Shown: positions 1 to 13,400 of the stretch, one piece after another
Numbering within the stretch: position 1 is the stretch's first letter
Layout: each line of letters opens with the position of its first letter
NCBI GenBank assembly: GCA_002633005.1
Contig: NMRA01000224.1
Coordinates: 253,072 to 317,071, forward strand
Direction of reading: 5' to 3'
DNA length: 64,000 nucleotides
Source: Phoronis australis
Lineage: Eukaryota > Animalia > Phoronida
Position numbers and translations under genes: made by a program
The notes under the pieces: model-generated
Told to the model about the DNA's origin: nothing
Seen by the model: only the letters and a program-made list of their open reading frames with translations
Database searches by the model: none

Positions 1-929
1 CCCCCCCTAAATCCGCCACTGCATTTGCATGAATTTTAGAAGCTTGAGTGTGTTTGGAGTTCGCTAGAAATTGCCATGGCAGGCATTTTTGTGTGTACCC
101 TTGGCAAGAGTCGCTTTCCACCAGAAAATGTGTTGCTTATTTCCAAAAACGTTTTACGGCCTTTGCCTTAGCTTTCGCAGTCTCTCATCTCAGCGTCTTG
201 CCCAGTACCGGCAGGATCTTTACTGAACTAAGAACAGTCACCTTGCGTTTCTTTGGAACCATTTCAGCGTATTCTTAATTTTAAGTGTGTCACTTTGCAA
301 AGCGTTTATTCAACATTATATGCTGCATTTACACTGTAAGCGGTCTAAATAACAAAAATATTCTTCTAGGAGCGGAGGGATTATTGTAGCACCTTTTTAA
401 AAAGCTGCTATAAGCCTGCGAAAATATTGAAGACGCAACACTTAAAGACGGCAGAGCGTTCGGTTGTAACCCTGGATTTAGTGGGTTCGATTCCTCGCTA
501 ACTGCTAATTTACGTAAAAAGGCTTTTCATGCAGTGAAAGACCCATCGATACGTAATGTATATAAGCCTTCGTGTGATCGATGTCGAATGGAATCATGAT
601 TATTTAGAAACTTTCAAAATTTGAAATTCTTTTATTTCACCTGAGTAATCACAGTGTTTCACATTTAGCTCAATAAAGCTACGTGTGTTGATTACATACA
701 TCTTTATTAGTAGAAAACTTAGAACGATTCCTATATCCAACGTTTCGATGGTGAATCGGTCCATCAAGATCAAGGAAATTATAGAAAACTCACAAAAGGT
801 CACATCTGATCAAGATCAGCTACTCAGCTAATTTGGCCAAAAATCAGCATCCTGAATCCGGCACCCAAAGGGTACATAGCCTGCCATCTATTGAGTATGA
901 CAGAACTCTGCGCATTTTACTCGGAAGTG

Positions 930-1340
930 AATGTTCCTGCTGTGCGTGAACTTGGAATCTTGTTTAATCTCAGGATTGCGTATGCGATAATGCCTGAACT
1001 TGGACTCGGCAATCGGGAGAATTTTTGTTCAGTGAAAAGAAGTTTTGTAATTATTGGCACCACGATCACATAACTTGTGCCACAGAATCGGAGGAATATG
1101 GGAATCGGGGTTAAATCAGTAATTGTTTGGTAAACAAGATCGCTAGTAGTTGCAAAAAGGTTGATTAAAATTTACATTATTTCATGAGCCTTTAATTTGA
1201 TTTAGTGTAGAGCTAAGTTTTATTCACAACGTCAACAAGATTATTTGAGTGACCTTGTCATGTTTCCTCGTGTATTCCAAGTTCACGCATACGTGATCTT
1301 GAAGTTATGCAGGATTCCAAGTTCACGCACTGCATTCCCA
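930..1340. mobile_element. Old MITE-like element with diverged inverted ends
   Basis: gtgcgtgaacttggaatc... (942-1005) is inverted at 1275-1332; boundaries approximate. Confidence 0.45.
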
Positions 1341-1428
1341 ACTACGTGGACCAACTGCGGACTGCTGAAAACAAGTTACTAAGTGACAATTGCTCACCGT
1401 CGGACTGGTTACGTGTCTACCAGAAACC

Positions 1429-1436
1429 ATGCAAGG
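1429..1436 (+). CDS. SSUH2: SSUH2 probable first coding exon (M-Q-G)
   Basis: accATG CAA GG|GTAAGA; the phase-2 end fits the next exon (T TAT CCG). Confidence 0.55.
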
Positions 1437-4400
1437 GTAAGACAGCTGTTTCAAAATACCCTATGTTAAGTTAATATATTGCGTGGTAGGCAGGGTGGCG
1501 TTGGTCAACCAAGTAACTCAGACTGTCTCAGATTAGTCAGACCCTGTCAATCCTGAACTGTAACTGGCATGGGCATAGGCTATCAACACTGAGTAACACA
1601 TCCAAATACCGAAATTAAGGTAGGATTGAGACTGAGAAAGAATGCCCTAAGGATACTGCCCACTCTGAGGAGTGTACGATTGAGACTGAGAAAGAATGCC
1701 CTAAGGATACTGCCCACTCTGAGGAGTGTCGAGAGACCTGTTGCACATGTTATTTTTCTGCAAAAGCAGAGCTTTAATTTGTCCGTTTCTAAGCAACAAC
1801 AGGGGCAAAGTTATGTTTTGACTAGTAATACACAAAAGAGGCAAAATTATTTTTTTACTAGTAATTCACAATATGTCGTAGCCAGATGATGCGACCCCCC
1901 TCCGCCACCGCAGGCCAGTAGCATATAGTCGAGTGGAGGATGAACAAAATGTGATCATGTAAAGATCTCATTGTCATTGATGGTAGATGGTGCTTCCAAA
2001 TAAAAATGTGGAAATAGTTGGACAGGTGCACTGGGTACCCGATTAAAAGAGATTTGAGAAACAGTCAGTACCACTGAATAACGCATGTTACGTCACTAGG
2101 AGCTGATGGGAGCTGGTTCTTGAATCAGGTACCCACCTGTCCATTTTTTTCCAACAGTGTTCTACATTAAAAAATGATACATGAACATTTTGCAATACAT
2201 CATGTGAAATAGTGAAACCTCACTCTGTGTCGTCCGTGGCTGGTGAACATTTCTTAGAAAAAATTGAGTTCAGATGTGGCTACACGAGGTCACATTTAGA
2301 AACCGGAGCGTTCAGTGGTATCGTATAGTTGGACAATGCTTAAATACAGAGTATACCAGGAAAACCAGTATCGCTGTCCGCCCTTGCTATTACCAAAGGT
2401 GATCTAACTTCCTATTGTGTTGTATGGCAGGCCAATTATCCAGCAGGGATATCTTCATGGCAGAAATAAATTGAAATGTCAAGGACAGAAACTGGTAATT
2501 ATTTATTTAATGTGTTAAGCTTCTGAAATTGAATTCCTCATGAAAAGTTAGTGTAGAATCCTTCTTTCGCAGAAGAAATACAAAAAAATTGACCAATACG
2601 CTGTGATGGTTTTTTTTATTTGTTTACAACAGTTTTGAGTCGATGCGTGTTTACATTTAAAATGTATTCATTCAGCGTGGTAGATAATTGGCGTTTTTGC
2701 GTCGTGAAATCTGGCAAAAGACAAGCCTGGCAATTAACAAAAGAAAGATTGATATCAGGCATCCGAAAACCTGTGCTGTCTGGTATACGGGCTAAACGGG
2801 AGTTAGTTGTAATGAGTAATTTTGTTAATGAATTAAGTTGTGTGTGTGCCTGTGATCTGTCAACAAACAAGGCAGCCATTATTGGAACTTTTATTTCTAG
2901 AAAATTAGAATGTAGTCATGTGAAAAAATATTTAAAAAATCAGGTTTGTGCTTTACCATACTTGAAGTTAGACTCCCTACTGTTGCATTGCTGTTAATCT
3001 TGTCGCAGGATTCAAACAAAAAATCATGCAAATCTAGAACGTTTTTAATCGCTTCCAAGTCAGTTGTGTGCGTGTTACTTGCTGAACTTCTCTGTATTTG
3101 TATGAGAGTCATGGGCAGAAGTGACATAAATTAGGGTGGCACAAAACTGAGCGTGGTCCTTAAGGGCTGTCCGTTGAGCATTATTTGAATGTGTGAGGAT
3201 GTGCCCCCAACCCATTATGTTGATGTGAACCCTGGCAATAGCAAACCTTTACCGGCCTGATAACCTTGTGCAGGGCCTGAGATGTATGCCTACCTGACAA
3301 CAGTCAGTAGATCGATAACACTGGTAGCAAAGTGTACTATAGGATATCACAGACTATGACCCATGAACTCACTGTGTCTTTAATGATGCAGTCACACCTC
3401 AGCATTCATTGATCCATAAATCCTGATACACATCTCATTGAGGCGATGACCTTAAAATGCTATTGTATGGGCACAATTAATTAGATCATTTGTGCTTTTT
3501 TCCTTTAAAAATCATGCCATCTGGTGTTTATAAAACATTTAGTGCTGTATTTGATTGTTTGAACAATGTGCTAGTTGGCTCAGCAAAGTTGGAAAAATAT
3601 TGTTTCAGTAAAATTACGGTTTCAGAAGCTTGAATTTGTGGTTCGTGATTTATGCATAATTTATACATTTTCGCATTAAATTCTTCACCTGGCCATCACA
3701 GTTGAACGGCTGTGGATTTTTTGGTTGGCCATAAATACACTGAAGATTGTAATTCATTATTTTAATTACCGGTATGTATATTGGTAACAATAAAGGAGAT
3801 GGTTCTTAAAGAATTTGCTGGCATTCACTACCTGAGCTTTAATCCCTGGCTTTTGGGGCAGAATATTGAAATGTTCCCCTCTATGGCACAGGCACCTTTC
3901 CCCTTCAATGAATGAGGGCTCTGACTACATAGTAGAAGCCACTGGACAACTGAAAGTGAACAAATTGTGGCGATATTTGTGACATAAGGTTTCACCCTAC
4001 TAGTAGTTGAATTGAACCACCTATATGGTCTCCTACTTATTCAAATATTTTTTACCCCTTGCTGCAATTGTATTATCAATGTTTACCTAGTATTTTATCA
4101 AGGACTGGTCACATGATAGTAATATGACCTAGTTTCGGTTTTGATAACATGAGTTGGGATGGTCAAAGGGGGGGATGGTCTTTGATTGATAGCATCCTGT
4201 CGAGCAGGGATCACCGCCTGTTGAGTTACAATGTCAAATGAGAGGGAGCCACTCCTAGGGAAGCCTGCAAGGTATAGGACTCTGTTCTTGGCTCACTGTC
4301 GGTATTTTATAATCTAGCTTTTGTTGTTGCTTGTGGCTGTCTCAACGAAGGCCCTTATATCATGAGGTAATGTTCAGGTCACACGAATAAGATATTCTGA

Positions 4401-7400
4401 TGTATGTTACTAATGAGGTTCATATTTTTTGAGATCAAGGAAATCACGCATATCTCTATAAGATATCTCCATATTAGTATATTAAGCATTAGTATATATA
4501 TGTGATCTCACTTTTTTGTTTCGAGGGTTGCAAATGTCCATTGGAAATTGGTTTAAAATCTTTGCGCATGAGACTATCTTTGAAACATTGAATCAGCTGT
4601 GTGGTGGCAGCTATTTGCCATTATGGCGATGTTTTCCTGATTCTAGTGGCCGTTGCTGACAAGAACAATACTGTTAAAATTAACTGTACCAGGTAATTCA
4701 AGAGATGAGTAGGTTTGGTCTTTATGTCAGTCTTTCATATTGGAATTTTGGAGATTTTGTGATATGGAGAATGATTTGTTTCAATTAAAGAAATTATGAA
4801 AATTCAATGTTTTGTGGTCAGTTTTGGTGTCCAAAATCAGTGAGATTTCCATCATGGAATTTTTATCAGGAAATTTATGTGCCTTCATAGAAATGATACT
4901 TGAGCTTCAATGTGGTATTCTATTTTTTTAATATTCATTTAACGTCTGCTCTCGGTCATACTGACGTCTGCTAAACACAGTATTATTCACAACGTGTCAT
5001 ACCACCAGCATTCTCTTTTGTCAACATCCAGTTAGTAAACATATGAAACTGGATCTAATTAGTAATAATCAAGTCACAGTGTGTGTTGTGCATTTCTGCT
5101 GGAAAGGTGTATTTGTGGAACATAAGGCCGCTTGAGCACTGATTCTGGCTCATAGTTTGTCTGGTGCAATGTATTCATTCATGGGTAAGTCTTTAATGGC
5201 TTGATGTAATTTGTAGTTATCCGGGTCAGAATCAACAAGGTTATCCTGCTGGATACCAGGGGACACCACAAGGCCAGTCTGGAGCGCCTCCTGTCGGGTA
5301 TCCTGGCCAAGCTCCAGCAGGGTATGCGGGCCAACCTCCCGCGGGATATGCGGGCCAACCTCCAGCCGGAGCTGTTCCTGCCGGAGCTATTCCTGCTGGC
5401 GCTGTTCCTGCTGGCGCTGTTCCACCTGGGGCTCCGCAAGGTATGACCTCTTCTAATGTTTACAACTTGCAATTTTTCTTTTAAAGGCGAAGGCAACCTT
5501 TTTTCATGTCACTTTTAGCAGAAATAAGGTCTGTTGATTATCCCAGACATATTTTTCACTTAATTACAGCTTTTCGTATTTTAATTAATTTCTCGTCCTC
5601 CACTCCGGAAGTGACGTTTTGGGAGGCAAGAATTTCGCGTCAATTTCTTTTCATACAGTCAGACTGTGAGAGCAGTCGAGTCAGTCATTGTTCTACCTCG
5701 GATGTGATAAGTTCAGTTGTCGTTTGCATTTGTTTACGAGTCAGTCAACATGTCACACTGTTGCTGCGTACCAGGATGTACTCATCAGCGTCTCACACGC
5801 GCTTTGGGTACCTTGCATTGCTTTCCGAAGGATGACACACTTCTCCATAATTGGCTAGCTCGCTCGTGTGAAGAACGCAGCGCTACCCGTTCATGCAACG
5901 TACAAAGCAGTGGCAAGCATTTTCAGCCGTCAGATTACGACAGAGATATGTACGCTGAATTGATGAAGGTCCGTGTGAAACGACGCCTGAAGAAGAGTTC
6001 CATAGCGTCGCTGTTGATTCCCGGCAGTGCCCCGTCGCCACCACCGAGAAGTGCGTTTTTGAAGCGAGAAGCCTCGCGAGCTGTGGCCACTATATACAGT
6101 GACTGGAGGCACTTCATCTACTGACACCCATGCCTCCGACCGTACCCCCATAGCGTGCAATTCCAGGAACTAGTAGTGATTCCCCGTGTGCTGTTGTCTC
6201 TAGCCCAGAGCCTGTAAGCAGCCCTGCAGCGATGTTGAGTAGTGGGAGTGAATACAGGCCCAGTTTGACACCCATAGACCGGCAGCCCAGAGCACTTAGC
6301 ATAGATGAACGAGGTACCAACATCTGACCACGGGAGCATTTAGAGTCCACCTCAGTATGTGCAGAAATGGACGTCTGCCGTTGTCTGCACTCTTGGTGTG
6401 ACCCCTGGGGGCCTTACAAAGGGCCCAAAAATGAGCTAGACTAGATATTCGAGGTACCAACCAAAACTGATTTAAAACGAACAACAGTACCGCACTGAAC
6501 ACCGAATGACCCATGACAGACAAATTGCGCTCTGGAATGGGTCCGACAGAAACCAAAAAAGGACCCCCCAAAAATGAGCTAGCACATACATTCGAGGTAC
6601 CACACAAAACCAATTCCATATGATTCAATATATGTCACAGATCACTAAATGCCTTATGACCGACAAAATACACTCTGGATTGTGCCTGGCAGAAACCCCC
6701 AAAAATCTCAACCATGGTATGCCATCAAAAATTTGAGATAGACTAGATTTTCAAGGTACCGGCCAAAACTGATTTTAAATGAACAAAAGTACCGCACTCA
6801 TTGAACGCCAAATGACCCAATGACAGACAAATTGCAGTCTGGAATGGGTCCGGCAGAAACCAAAAAAGGACCCCCCAAAAATGAGCTAGCACATACATTC
6901 GAGGTACCACACAAAAACAATTCCATATGATTCAATATATGTCACAGATCACTAAATGCCTTATGACAGACAAATTACACTCTGGATTGTGCCCAGCAGA
7001 AACCCCCAAAAATCTCAACCACGGTATGACATCACAAATTTGAGCTAGACTAGATTTTCGAGGTACCGGCCAAAACTGGTTTTAAATGAACACTAGTGCT
7101 GCAATGAACACCAAATGACCCATGGCAGACAAATTGCACTCTGGAATGGGTTCGGCAGAAACCAAAAAAGCCCATACGACATATTATATGATGAGTTTAT
7201 ACTTTTGCGTCTACTGAGCTCTCACACTGGTAATTGTCAAATGGATGATGGCGGAGAGTAAGCATTTTGGAAAGCACCTGATAACAGTAAAACTTTGGGA
7301 TACCAGGAACTGTTTAAAACCAACCCACTCAATGAAGTTTAAGAACACAGATTGTGTAAAATATAAAACGCTATCAAAACTGCTTACAGAAAGGATACGT

Positions 7401-10400
7401 CAGCGACAAGATATGGCCCCTAAATTAGCGTCCGAGGAACCACGAAAATTATTTCCAAAGAGCCCTTTCATCCCATTGACTACTAAACAATACGTTGAAA
7501 GAAAAGTAACAGACTTGTTTTAAAAACCTTCGTTAATCAAAATAAACTACATGAAATAGAGCAACACTTTCAAACAGCATCGTAACAGATAATTAAAATC
7601 ACTGTATCGACAAGAACATCAAGCTACATACTATATGTTTAATGTCAACAGTAGTTTCCTGTTAGTTTTAATACGTTTCAATATCAGATTCGTCACTGCT
7701 ACTCCAGCTTGATTTGGGCTCGCTGTTTTTGTTTCGTCATAGCCCATTTCCTCTACCTATTGATTGGCTTGGTTTTCTTGTAAAAGACCAGCACCTTCAA
7801 AAAGGACATCAGGAACGGCAGATCCACAAAACCATTCGGGAGTGTAGTATCCATCTTGTACCTTCCAACCGTAGGTAAGAGGATACAAACCGTTTCCCGG
7901 CCAGATTGGCCGAATCCACTTGACCCCAGAGCAAGGCAACATAATGGGCTTGTTTGTAGTTGTTCAATAGTGTCTTTCGGCATGGAAGAAGCAATGCGCA
8001 GTCAATCTTCTTGATGTTGGACATCGGCTTTTCCTGAAATAAATAGTGAGAAAATTTTATTGACGAGGGACCAATTGTCCAAAAGCTGACGAACAAAAAC
8101 ATAAAACCTCACCACCATTTACTATTTTTTAAGTATGACGTGAAACTGGGCCTTTTGGTTTAATACTATGAAAACATTTGCAATTATTTCCGTTGCTTTT
8201 ATGAACTAAATTTTATCAATTACAGTTATTACCTTGTTTATTTTTCTGGTCATCTCGATTAATTTCAGATATTTCACTTCATTGACATCTTTGACTCCTC
8301 CCTAATAAGAGGCATATGTATTCTTCTAACTTTCTTTCTTCTGGGACATCTACGCTTATTAACTCTGAGAAGCTGATAAGTGTCCCAGATCAGTCTTTCA
8401 TCAGGCTTTCCAGAGGCCTCACTTTCCCTTTCCTATACAGTGCTGCTGTGACGTCACACCCTGTCATTGCATGCAGACCAGGCAATGCTGCAGCGAGACA
8501 CCTTGTTAACGAAACACGTAGTTGTTTATGTATTTATTTAAATAGCATTGGGACTCCACCGCATGGCTGCGCACCAAATTAGGGGTGATTTGTATTTTAT
8601 CACGGAGGACATATCGGCCATCGACAAATGACTCCGCGAAACTAAAACACTGAATTTCGACATCATGTAAAAATTTCTTCAAAAACTTACCACTAGGCGA
8701 GTTATCTGTCTCACATCTTGACACCCATCTGCTTTTCGCTTCTTGTGATCGTGAGAGTAAACAAAGGCTTTAGTGAACGAGTTTTCTATAATTAGTTTTT
8801 GTTTCCTGCGGTCCCATTTTTTGCAATTAACTTATTAAATACACCACTATTGTCACCAATTGAGAATATGTGTACTTCGATTTCCGTGGTGCAGTTTTTA
8901 ACATCTTGTTGTCCAGTTGATTGAGTTTCCCACCCCAGTACTTGAACTAGCAGGGGGAAGATGCATGTACAATTGTAGCTCCATTTTTAAGGTCCTTTCT
9001 GGGTTTCTGGCCAACTATTTCCAGAGTAAAATTTGTCTTTTTGGTGTTCAGTGCAGCATGATTGCTGGTTGAAAATCTGTCTCAATGGCATACCGTGGTT
9101 GAGATTTTTGAGGGTTTCTGCCAGGCACAATCCAGAGTGTATTTTGTCTGCCGGTCATAGGGCATTTAGTAACCTGGGACACGTATTGAGTCTCATGTAA
9201 TTGGTTTTTTGTGGTATCTCGAATGTATGTGCTAGCTCATTTTTGGGGAGTCTTTTTTGATTTCTGCCGGACCCATTCCAGAGTGCAGTTTGTCTGTCAT
9301 GGGTCATTCAGTGTTCAGTGCGGTACTNAGCCCTGCAGCGATATTGAGTAGTGGGAGTGATTACAGGCCCAGTTCGACACCCAGTGAAGAGGACAGTTCG
9401 TCGTTCAGTGAACAGATTGGTGAGCCAAACTTTGATAAGTTTATTGTGGACTTGTCTATTTAGAAAGTGCCAGGTGTGTGGCGAGAGAGTCACACGACAC
9501 GAAGTAAGCAGTTTGGGTGCTCAGGTCACCATCCAGTGGGAGTGCGGTGTCGCGGGACACTCTGGCAAATGGGACAGTTGTTCCTCTGTCCGTGGTATGC
9601 CGGAGGTCCACTTAACCATGTCCAGTAGTGGCTTGGCCTCGTCGAACTCTGAACAGCGCAAGCATTGTAGGCATAACAACGCACACAGTGCATTTGTACC
9701 AAGGTGTGTCACCAGGTCTGTCCTCAGTAGCCGCCTCGTTTCTCTCAACAGCTGCCTGTGCCTGTGCGTACTCTGCCTCGTTATACTCGGGCTCAAACAT
9801 GTACCCACCCACTGAATGTCCGTGAAAAAATTCCTCATCACCACTGCTGTGAACAAGGTCTCCGTCACTCACACTATTGTCACTGTGATACGGGTCAGCG
9901 ACTCCAGCCATTTTCAGCTTACAACACACTAAACAATCCCTAAATCCAACGTAGTTGAGTTCTCTACTAACCTATCTTACTGAAGAATACTCGCCGATAG
10001 AAAGTGGTGGCGACAATTGTTGAAAAACAGCACAAAACAAAAGTAGAATAGAACAGATTCGCACGGAAAAGTCAACGCAAAACCAAGTAGCGGGAAACGC
10101 TTGCCTCCTAAAACGTCACTTCCGGAGTAGCAGACGAGTAATTAATAAAATTATGAAAAGCTGTAATTAAGTGGAAAATATGTCTAGGATAACCAACCAA
10201 CCTTATTTTAGCTCAAAATGACATGGAAAAAGGTTTCCTTCGCTGTTAACGTCTGCTCTCGGTCATACTGACGTCTGCTAAACACAGCATTATTCACAAC
10301 GTGTCATACCACCAGCATTCTCTTTTGTCAACATCCAGTTAGTAAACATATGAAACCGGATCTGATTAGTAATACTTAAGTCACAGTTTGTGTTGTGCAT

Positions 10401-13400
10401 TTCTGCTGGAAAGGTGTATTTGTGGAACGTAAGGCTGCTTGAGCACTGATTCTGGCTCATAGTTTGTCTGGTGCAATGTATTCATTCATGGGTAAGTCTT
10501 TAATGGCTTGATGTAATTTGTAGTTATCCGGGTCAGAATCAACAAGGTTATCCTGCTGGATACCAGGGGACACCACAAGGCCAGCCTGGAGTGCCACCTG
10601 TCGGGTATCCTGGCCAAGCTCCAGCAGGGTATGCTGGCCAACCTCCCGCGGGATATGCGGGCCAACCTCCAGCCGGAGCTGTTCCTGCCGGAGCTGTTCC
10701 TGCTGGCGCTGTTCCTGCTGGCGCTGTTCCACCAGGGGCTCCGCAAGGTATGACTTCTTCTAATGTTTACAACTTGCAATTTTTCTTTTAAATGCGAAGG
10801 CAACCCTTTTTCATGTCACTTTTAGCAGAAATAAGGTCTGTTGATTATCCCAGACATATTTTTGACTTAATTACAGCTTTTCGTATTTTAATTAATTTCT
10901 CGTCCTCTACTCCAGAAGTGACGTTTTGGGAGGCAAGAATTTCTCGCCAATTACTTTTCATACAGTCTCACTGTGCAAGCAGTGGAGTCAGTCATTGTTT
11001 TACATCTGTTGTGAAAAGTTCAGTTGTCGTTTGCGTTTGTTTACGAGTCAGTCAACACTGTTGCTGCGCACCAGGATGTACTCATCGTCTCACACGCGCT
11101 TTGGGCACCTTGCATCGCTTTCTGAAGAATGACACACTTCGCCGTACTTGGCTAGCTCGCTCGTGTGAAAAACGCAGCGCTACCTGTTCACACAACGTAC
11201 AAAGCAGTGGCAAGCATTTTCAGCCGTCAGATTACAACAGAGATATGTACGCTGAATTGATGAAGATCCCTTTGAAACAACGCCTGAAGAAGGGTTCCAT
11301 AGCGTCGCTGTTGATTTCCGGCAGTGCCCCGTCGCCACCACCGAGAAGTGCATTTTTGAGGCGAGAAGCCTCGCGAGCTGTGGCCTCTATATACAGTGAC
11401 TGGAGGCACTTCATCTACTGACACCCATGCCTCCGAACGTACCCCCATAGCGTGCAATTCCAGGAACTAGTAGTGTGCTGTTGTCTCTAGCCCAGAGCCT
11501 GTAAGCAGCCCTGGAGTGATGTTGAGTAGTAGGACACCCATAGACCGGCAGCCCAGAGCACTTAGCATAGATGAAGGAGGTACCAACATCTGACCACGAG
11601 AGCATTTAGAGTCCACCTCAGTATGTACAAAAATGGACGTCTGCCGTTGCCTGCACTCTTGGTGTGACCCCTGGGGGCCTTACAAAGGGCCCAAAAAATG
11701 AGCTAGACTAGATATTCGAGGTACCAACCAAAACTGATTTAAAACGAACAATTAGTACCGCACTGAACACCGAATGACCCATGAAAGACAAATTGCGCTC
11801 TGGAATGGGTCCGGCAGAAACCAAAAAAGGACCCCCCAAAAAATGAGCTAGCACATACATTCGAGATACCACACAAAACCAATTCCAATGTGTCACAGAT
11901 CACTAAATGCCTCATGACAGACAAATTACACTCTGGACTGTGCCCAGCAGAAACCCCAAAAATCTCAACCACGGTATGACATCACAAATTTGAGCTATAC
12001 TAGATTTTCGAGGTACCGGCCAAAACTGGTTTTAAATGAACACTAGTACTGCACTGAACACCAAATGACCCATGGCAGACAAATTGCACTCTGGAATGGG
12101 TCCGGCAGACACCAAAAAAAAGCCCATACGACATATTATATGATGAGTTAATACTTTTGCATCTACTGAGCTCTCACACTGGTAATTGTCAAATGGATGA
12201 TGGCAGAGAGTAAGCATTTTGGAAAGCACCTGATAACAGTAAATCTTTGGGATACCAGGAACTGTCTAAAACCAACTCACTCAATGAGGTTTAAGAACAC
12301 AGATTGTGTAAAATATAAAACACTATCAAAACTGCTTACAGAAAGGATGCGTCAGCGACAACATATGGCCCCTAAATTGACGCCCGAGGAACCACAAAAA
12401 TTATTTCCGATGAGCCCTTTCATCCCATTGACTAATAAACAATACGTTGAAAGAAAAGTAACAGACGTGTTTTAAAAACCTTCTTTAATCAAAATAAACT
12501 ACATGAAATAGAGCAACACTTTCAAACAGCATTGTAACAGATAATTAAAATCACCGTATCGACGAGAACATCAAGCTATTACATGCATATGTTTAATGTC
12601 AACAGTAGTTTCCTGTTAGTTTTAATACGTTTCAATATCAGATTCGTCACTGCTACTCCAGCTTGATTTGGGCTCGCTTTTTTTGTTTCGTCATAGCCCA
12701 TTTCCTCTACCTATTGATCGGCTTGGTTTTCTTGTAAAAGACCAGCACCTTCAAAAAGGACATCAGGAACGGCAGATCCACAAAACCATTTGGGAGTGTA
12801 GTATCCATCTTGTACCTTCCAACCGTAGGTAAGAGGATCCAAACCGTTTCCCGGCCGGATTGGCCAAATCCACTTGACCGCAGAGCAAGGCAACATAATG
12901 GGCTCGTTTGTAGTTGTTTAATAGTGTCTTTCGGCATGGAGGAAGCAATGCGCAGTCAATCTTCTTGATGTTGGACATCGGCTTTTCCTGAAATAAATAG
13001 TGTGAACATTTTATTGACGAGGGACCAATTGTCCAAAAGCTGACAAACAAAAACATAAAACCTCACCACCATTTACTATTTTTAAGTATGACGTCAAACT
13101 GGGCCTTTTGGTTTAATACTATGAAAATATTTGCAATTATTTCCGTTGCTTTTATGAACTATATTTTATCAATTACAGTTATTTCCTTGTTTATTTTTCC
13201 CGTCATCTCGATTAATTTCAGATATTTCGCTTCATTGACATCTTTGACTCCTCCCTAATAAGAGGCATATTAGTCGGTGGGCCAGATTTTGTAGGGCCTC
13301 TAGAAAATTGTTTTTGTGAGTACTTTAGGGGGCAATTTTATTTTGGTGTTTTTTAATTCATTTATTAGAGTGTTTTCAAAATCTAAAAAGTTCCCACATA

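Noticed and set aside
445-505. tRNA gene (GGCAGAGCG...GGTTCGATTCC)
   Set aside because: A- and B-box-like motifs but no convincing acceptor stem; at most a SINE or tRNA relic
5156-5216. Exon with ATG and strong gtaagt donor at 5185
   Set aside because: It leaves only a 32-nt intron and is the wrong phase for exon 5217; it could only splice to 18673, for which there is no support
5717-6124. Host THAP-domain gene
   Set aside because: It lies at the left end of a TTAA-flanked Kolobok, the THAP core is degenerate, and copy B has lost the ATG
10457-10732. Gln/Glu-rich minus-strand ORF
   Set aside because: Antisense of the Pro/Gly-rich SSUH2 exon
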